From assembly GCA_017621695.1 (NCBI GenBank), contig JAGASP010000068.1, forward strand, positions 3,858 through 67,857: a stretch of DNA of 64,000 nt. Direction: 5' to 3'. The notes below the pieces were generated by a model. That model was not told the DNA's origin. It was given only the letters and a program-made list of their open reading frames with translations, and searched no databases. The stretch comes from Clostridia bacterium (GTDB taxonomy: Bacteria; Bacillota; Clostridia; Oscillospirales; CAG-272). A program made the translations under genes and the position numbers. Below, piece after piece: positions 61,999 to 64,000 of the stretch (position 1 is its first letter; each line of letters begins with the position of its first letter).

Positions 61999-63408
61999 TC
62001 ATTCTTCGACTTGGGTCTCCACAGGCATAAAGGGCGCATTCGTCAGCTTGTCACAATGACGGTAGGCTTGCAGTCCAACTCCGTCGGCGGATGTCACGCC
62101 GGGGGCGGTGACGGTTTCCAGCGAGATGCATCCCGCGAAGCAGGAATTGGGAATGCGGGTCACATTTTCGGGGAGGGATGCGGATTTGAGATACAGACAA
62201 TCCATAAAGGCCTGTACGCCGATTTCGGAAAGTCCGCTTCCGAATTCTACCGTCTGTAAGCGGATGCAGCTGTGGAAGGCATCGTCTCCGATGCTTGTCA
62301 GACTGTCGGGCAGCTTGACGGACAAAAGCTTCTTGCAACCGTAGAAGGCGCGAAGGCCGATGGATGTGACGGTTTCGGGAATGGTGATGCGAGAGAGGCA
62401 GGACACCTCAAAAAAGGCGTTGGAGGGAATGGCGGTGCAACCATCCAAAAGAATGATCTCCTGCAGGGATGCGGGAACAAAGCCTGCTGTAAAGGTATAG
62501 GACGCAGCACCGAAGAGATAGCCGAGATAGGTGTTTTCGGTAGCACTACCGCCCACAAAGGGAAGGGTCATGGCGGTGAGAGAACCGCAGCCCTCCAGAA
62601 CACCTTCGCCGATCGACGTGACGGTGGCGGGAAGGTCAAAGCGAAGCAGAGCCATGCAGTCGGTCAGCGCACGGGATCCGATGCTTTGCAATGCGGTGTC
62701 TGCGAGGTTCAGATATTCCAGCGAGGAGCAACCCCAAAAAGCGAAGCTTCCCATGTTGGTCAGGGCTTGAGGGAGCCGTACGCAGGTGATGCTGTTACAG
62801 TCAAAGAATGCGTAGTCGGGGATACTCCGGAGCTTGTCTCCCAAAATGACGGCGGTCAGGGAATCGGGCACCTCGGAGGCGTTGATCTCATAGGATGCAG
62901 CGCCGAACAGCGCACCGAAATAGGGGTGCTCCTGCACCTCAATGACAGGGGTGCGCAGGGTTTCCAAGGCAGTGCATTTTTTGAAAGCACCCAAACCAAT
63001 GGTGGTCACGCTGTCAGGAATATAGAGGGCAGAGATGCCGGTTTGCTCGGCAAATGCGTTTTCGTCGATGACCGTGACGGGAAGACCGTCAATGCTGTCG
63101 GGCAGGACGACGATGCTTTCATCTCCCGTATAGCCTGTCAGCGTGATCTCCTGCGTGTCTTGGTTGACGCTGTAGGTCAGCACTTCGGGAGAGACGGGAG
63201 AGGCCTCTGCGAATATGGCATCCAGACGCTCTTCGTACAACTGCAGAACGCTATCCTGCATGGTACGGTCGTCAGAAAGATCGGGCAGGGTGACAGCCGA
63301 CGGATCGGCGGGGGTATATGTCGGTGCTTTGGCACAGCCGGCAAGAAGCAACGTGCAAAAAAGGGCAAGAGCGGTCAAAGATCGCAATTTCATTTTCATG
63401 TTTTCCAT
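61999..63408 (-). CDS. BspA-type leucine-rich-repeat lipoprotein
   Basis: 469 aa with lipoprotein signal LFCTLLLAGC. It carries many repeats of about 23 aa (IP.SVTSIG..AF.GC.SL..V.LP), which is the LRR_5 pattern. Confidence 0.8.
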   Translation of the reverse strand: MENMKMKLRSLTALALFCTLLLAGCAKAPTYTPADPSAVTLPDLSDDRTMQDSVLQLYEERLDAIFAEASPVSPEVLTYSVNQDTQEITLTGYTGDESIVVLPDSIDGLPVTVIDENAFAEQTGISALYIPDSVTTIGLGAFKKCTALETLRTPVIEVQEHPYFGALFGAASYEINASEVPDSLTAVILGDKLRSIPDYAFFDCNSITCVRLPQALTNMGSFAFWGCSSLEYLNLADTALQSIGSRALTDCMALLRFDLPATVTSIGEGVLEGCGSLTAMTLPFVGGSATENTYLGYLFGAASYTFTAGFVPASLQEIILLDGCTAIPSNAFFEVSCLSRITIPETVTSIGLRAFYGCKKLLSVKLPDSLTSIGDDAFHSCIRLQTVEFGSGLSEIGVQAFMDCLYLKSASLPENVTRIPNSCFAGCISLETVTAPGVTSADGVGLQAYRHCDKLTNAPFMPVETQVEE

Positions 63409-63460
63409 CCTTCAACGGTTGTCGAAAATCTCCGAACGGAGTTTGGGCATATATAAGATT

Positions 63461-63489
63461 AGTATACCACAAAACCGCAGGGAATGCAA
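63461..63489 (-). promoter_or_regulatory. Candidate sigma-A promoter of the LRR lipoprotein gene
   Basis: Minus strand reads TTGCAT (63484-63489) - 17 nt - TATACT (63461-63466) with a TGn extension. Confidence 0.45.
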
Positions 63490-63524
63490 GGGGTTTTATA
63501 ATAAAACTTGTCTGTGCCGATACG

Positions 63525-63556
63525 AAAAAAGGACTTTCCCGAAAGAGAAAGTCCTT
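63525..63556 (-). terminator. Intrinsic terminator after the partial gene at the window end
   Basis: Minus strand reads AAGGACTTTC-8 nt-GAAAGTCCTT followed by TTTTCG. Confidence 0.6.
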
Positions 63557-63569
63557 GAAGCTTTGGGGA

Positions 63570-64000
63570 TTATTCGCCCACGCGATAAAAATATCCGTTG
63601 GCGTCCTGCATGAGGGCTCCATGCACAGATTCATGGCAGAGGTGCAGGCCATCTGCCGAAATATGTCCCAGCGTTTCCCCGAAAATGCTGCAGATACTCC
63701 AAGAGGTCTGCAACACACCGCCGGCTGTCGGAGCATTCGTACGCAGAATATAGAAGCTGTGGCGCATGATAAGCCGGGTCGTATGGCTGCCGGTGTCGGT
63801 GCCTTCGGTGTACAGTACGGTTTCGTCGCCATCAAAAAAGATATAGGAGGGCTGCTTGCCGTCACGGTACAGAAGCACGTAGGTATCTCCCACGTCGGAG
63901 ATATGGGTATTGGCGTCGCATTGATACAGGATCTCCAGCGCGTAGTTATAGACGGTTCCCGTCGTCATATTGATCAAAAAGCTGTGTGTGGCGCGAAGGT
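63570..64000 (-). CDS. Hypothetical protein, 5' end possibly outside the window
   Basis: The frame is open from the stop at 63570 to the window edge. The first in-window ATG is at 63977 (MINMTTGTVYNYALE ...). No motif recognised. Confidence 0.45.
   Translation of the reverse strand, partial: LRATHSFLINMTTGTVYNYALEILYQCDANTHISDVGDTYVLLYRDGKQPSYIFFDGDETVLYTEGTDTGSHTTRLIMRHSFYILRTNAPTAGGVLQTSWSICSIFGETLGHISADGLHLCHESVHGALMQDANGYFYRVGE

Overview
64-kb chromosomal window, most likely from a Gram-positive anaerobe of clostridial type. The taxon is an inference from GGAGG-type ribosome-binding sites, many near-consensus TTGACA-17-TATAAT promoters with a TGn extension, and gene content. I call 56 protein-coding genes (2 truncated by the window edges) and one tRNA-Gln(UUG). 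There is no rRNA, CRISPR array, transposase or integrase. Layout: (1) 0.2-17.9 kb is a one-directional Wzx/Wzy-type surface-glycan locus: 2-hydroxyacid dehydrogenase, AsnB-like PP-loop enzyme, four glycosyltransferases, EpsG-type polymerase, Stealth-family hexose-1-phosphoryl transferase, pyruvyl transferase plus FrhB-like Fe-S protein, and Wzx flippase. It is interrupted by a GC-richer 1495-aa secreted NAGPA ('uncovering-enzyme'-like phosphodiester glycosidase) protein with cell-wall-binding repeats. (2) 18-20.7 kb: ABC importer with binding protein and fused permease but no ATPase. (3) 20.9-23.4 kb: AT-rich islet (XRE plus small protein, sigma/anti-sigma pair, secreted protein) abutting the 3' end of tRNA-Gln. 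(4) MarR plus heterodimeric ABC exporter. (5) Housekeeping block: tlpA-like, mtnN, G1P-dehydrogenase-like, rpmG-secE-nusG-rplK-rplA, 5'-nucleotidase, rpsT, M24 peptidase. (6) A GH42-like hydrolase and an APH-type kinase, separated by unusual AGATACA-heptamer palindromic elements. (7) A candidate type I toxin-antitoxin: a 32-aa Hol-Tox-like peptide plus a convergent antisense RNA. (8) ftsK and a MoxR-DUF58-DUF4129 triad. (9) A surface beta-propeller protein with a Cys-containing C-terminal tripartite tail, followed by a divergent lgt homologue translationally coupled to a CPBP/CAAX-type protease. This is my top candidate for an undescribed system (C-terminal lipidation/sorting). (10) PaaK-like ligase, ACT protein, metA, metY and a BspA-type LRR lipoprotein, with a family of GGTCAAGGGC-containing palindromic intergenic repeats. 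A 317-bp MITE-like palindromic element sits at 28.4-28.7 kb. The many very long antisense 'shadow' ORFs in the supplied track are rejected. All motif and family calls are by eye and recall; no database search was run. Hand-derived coordinates of non-coding features may be off by 1-2 nt.
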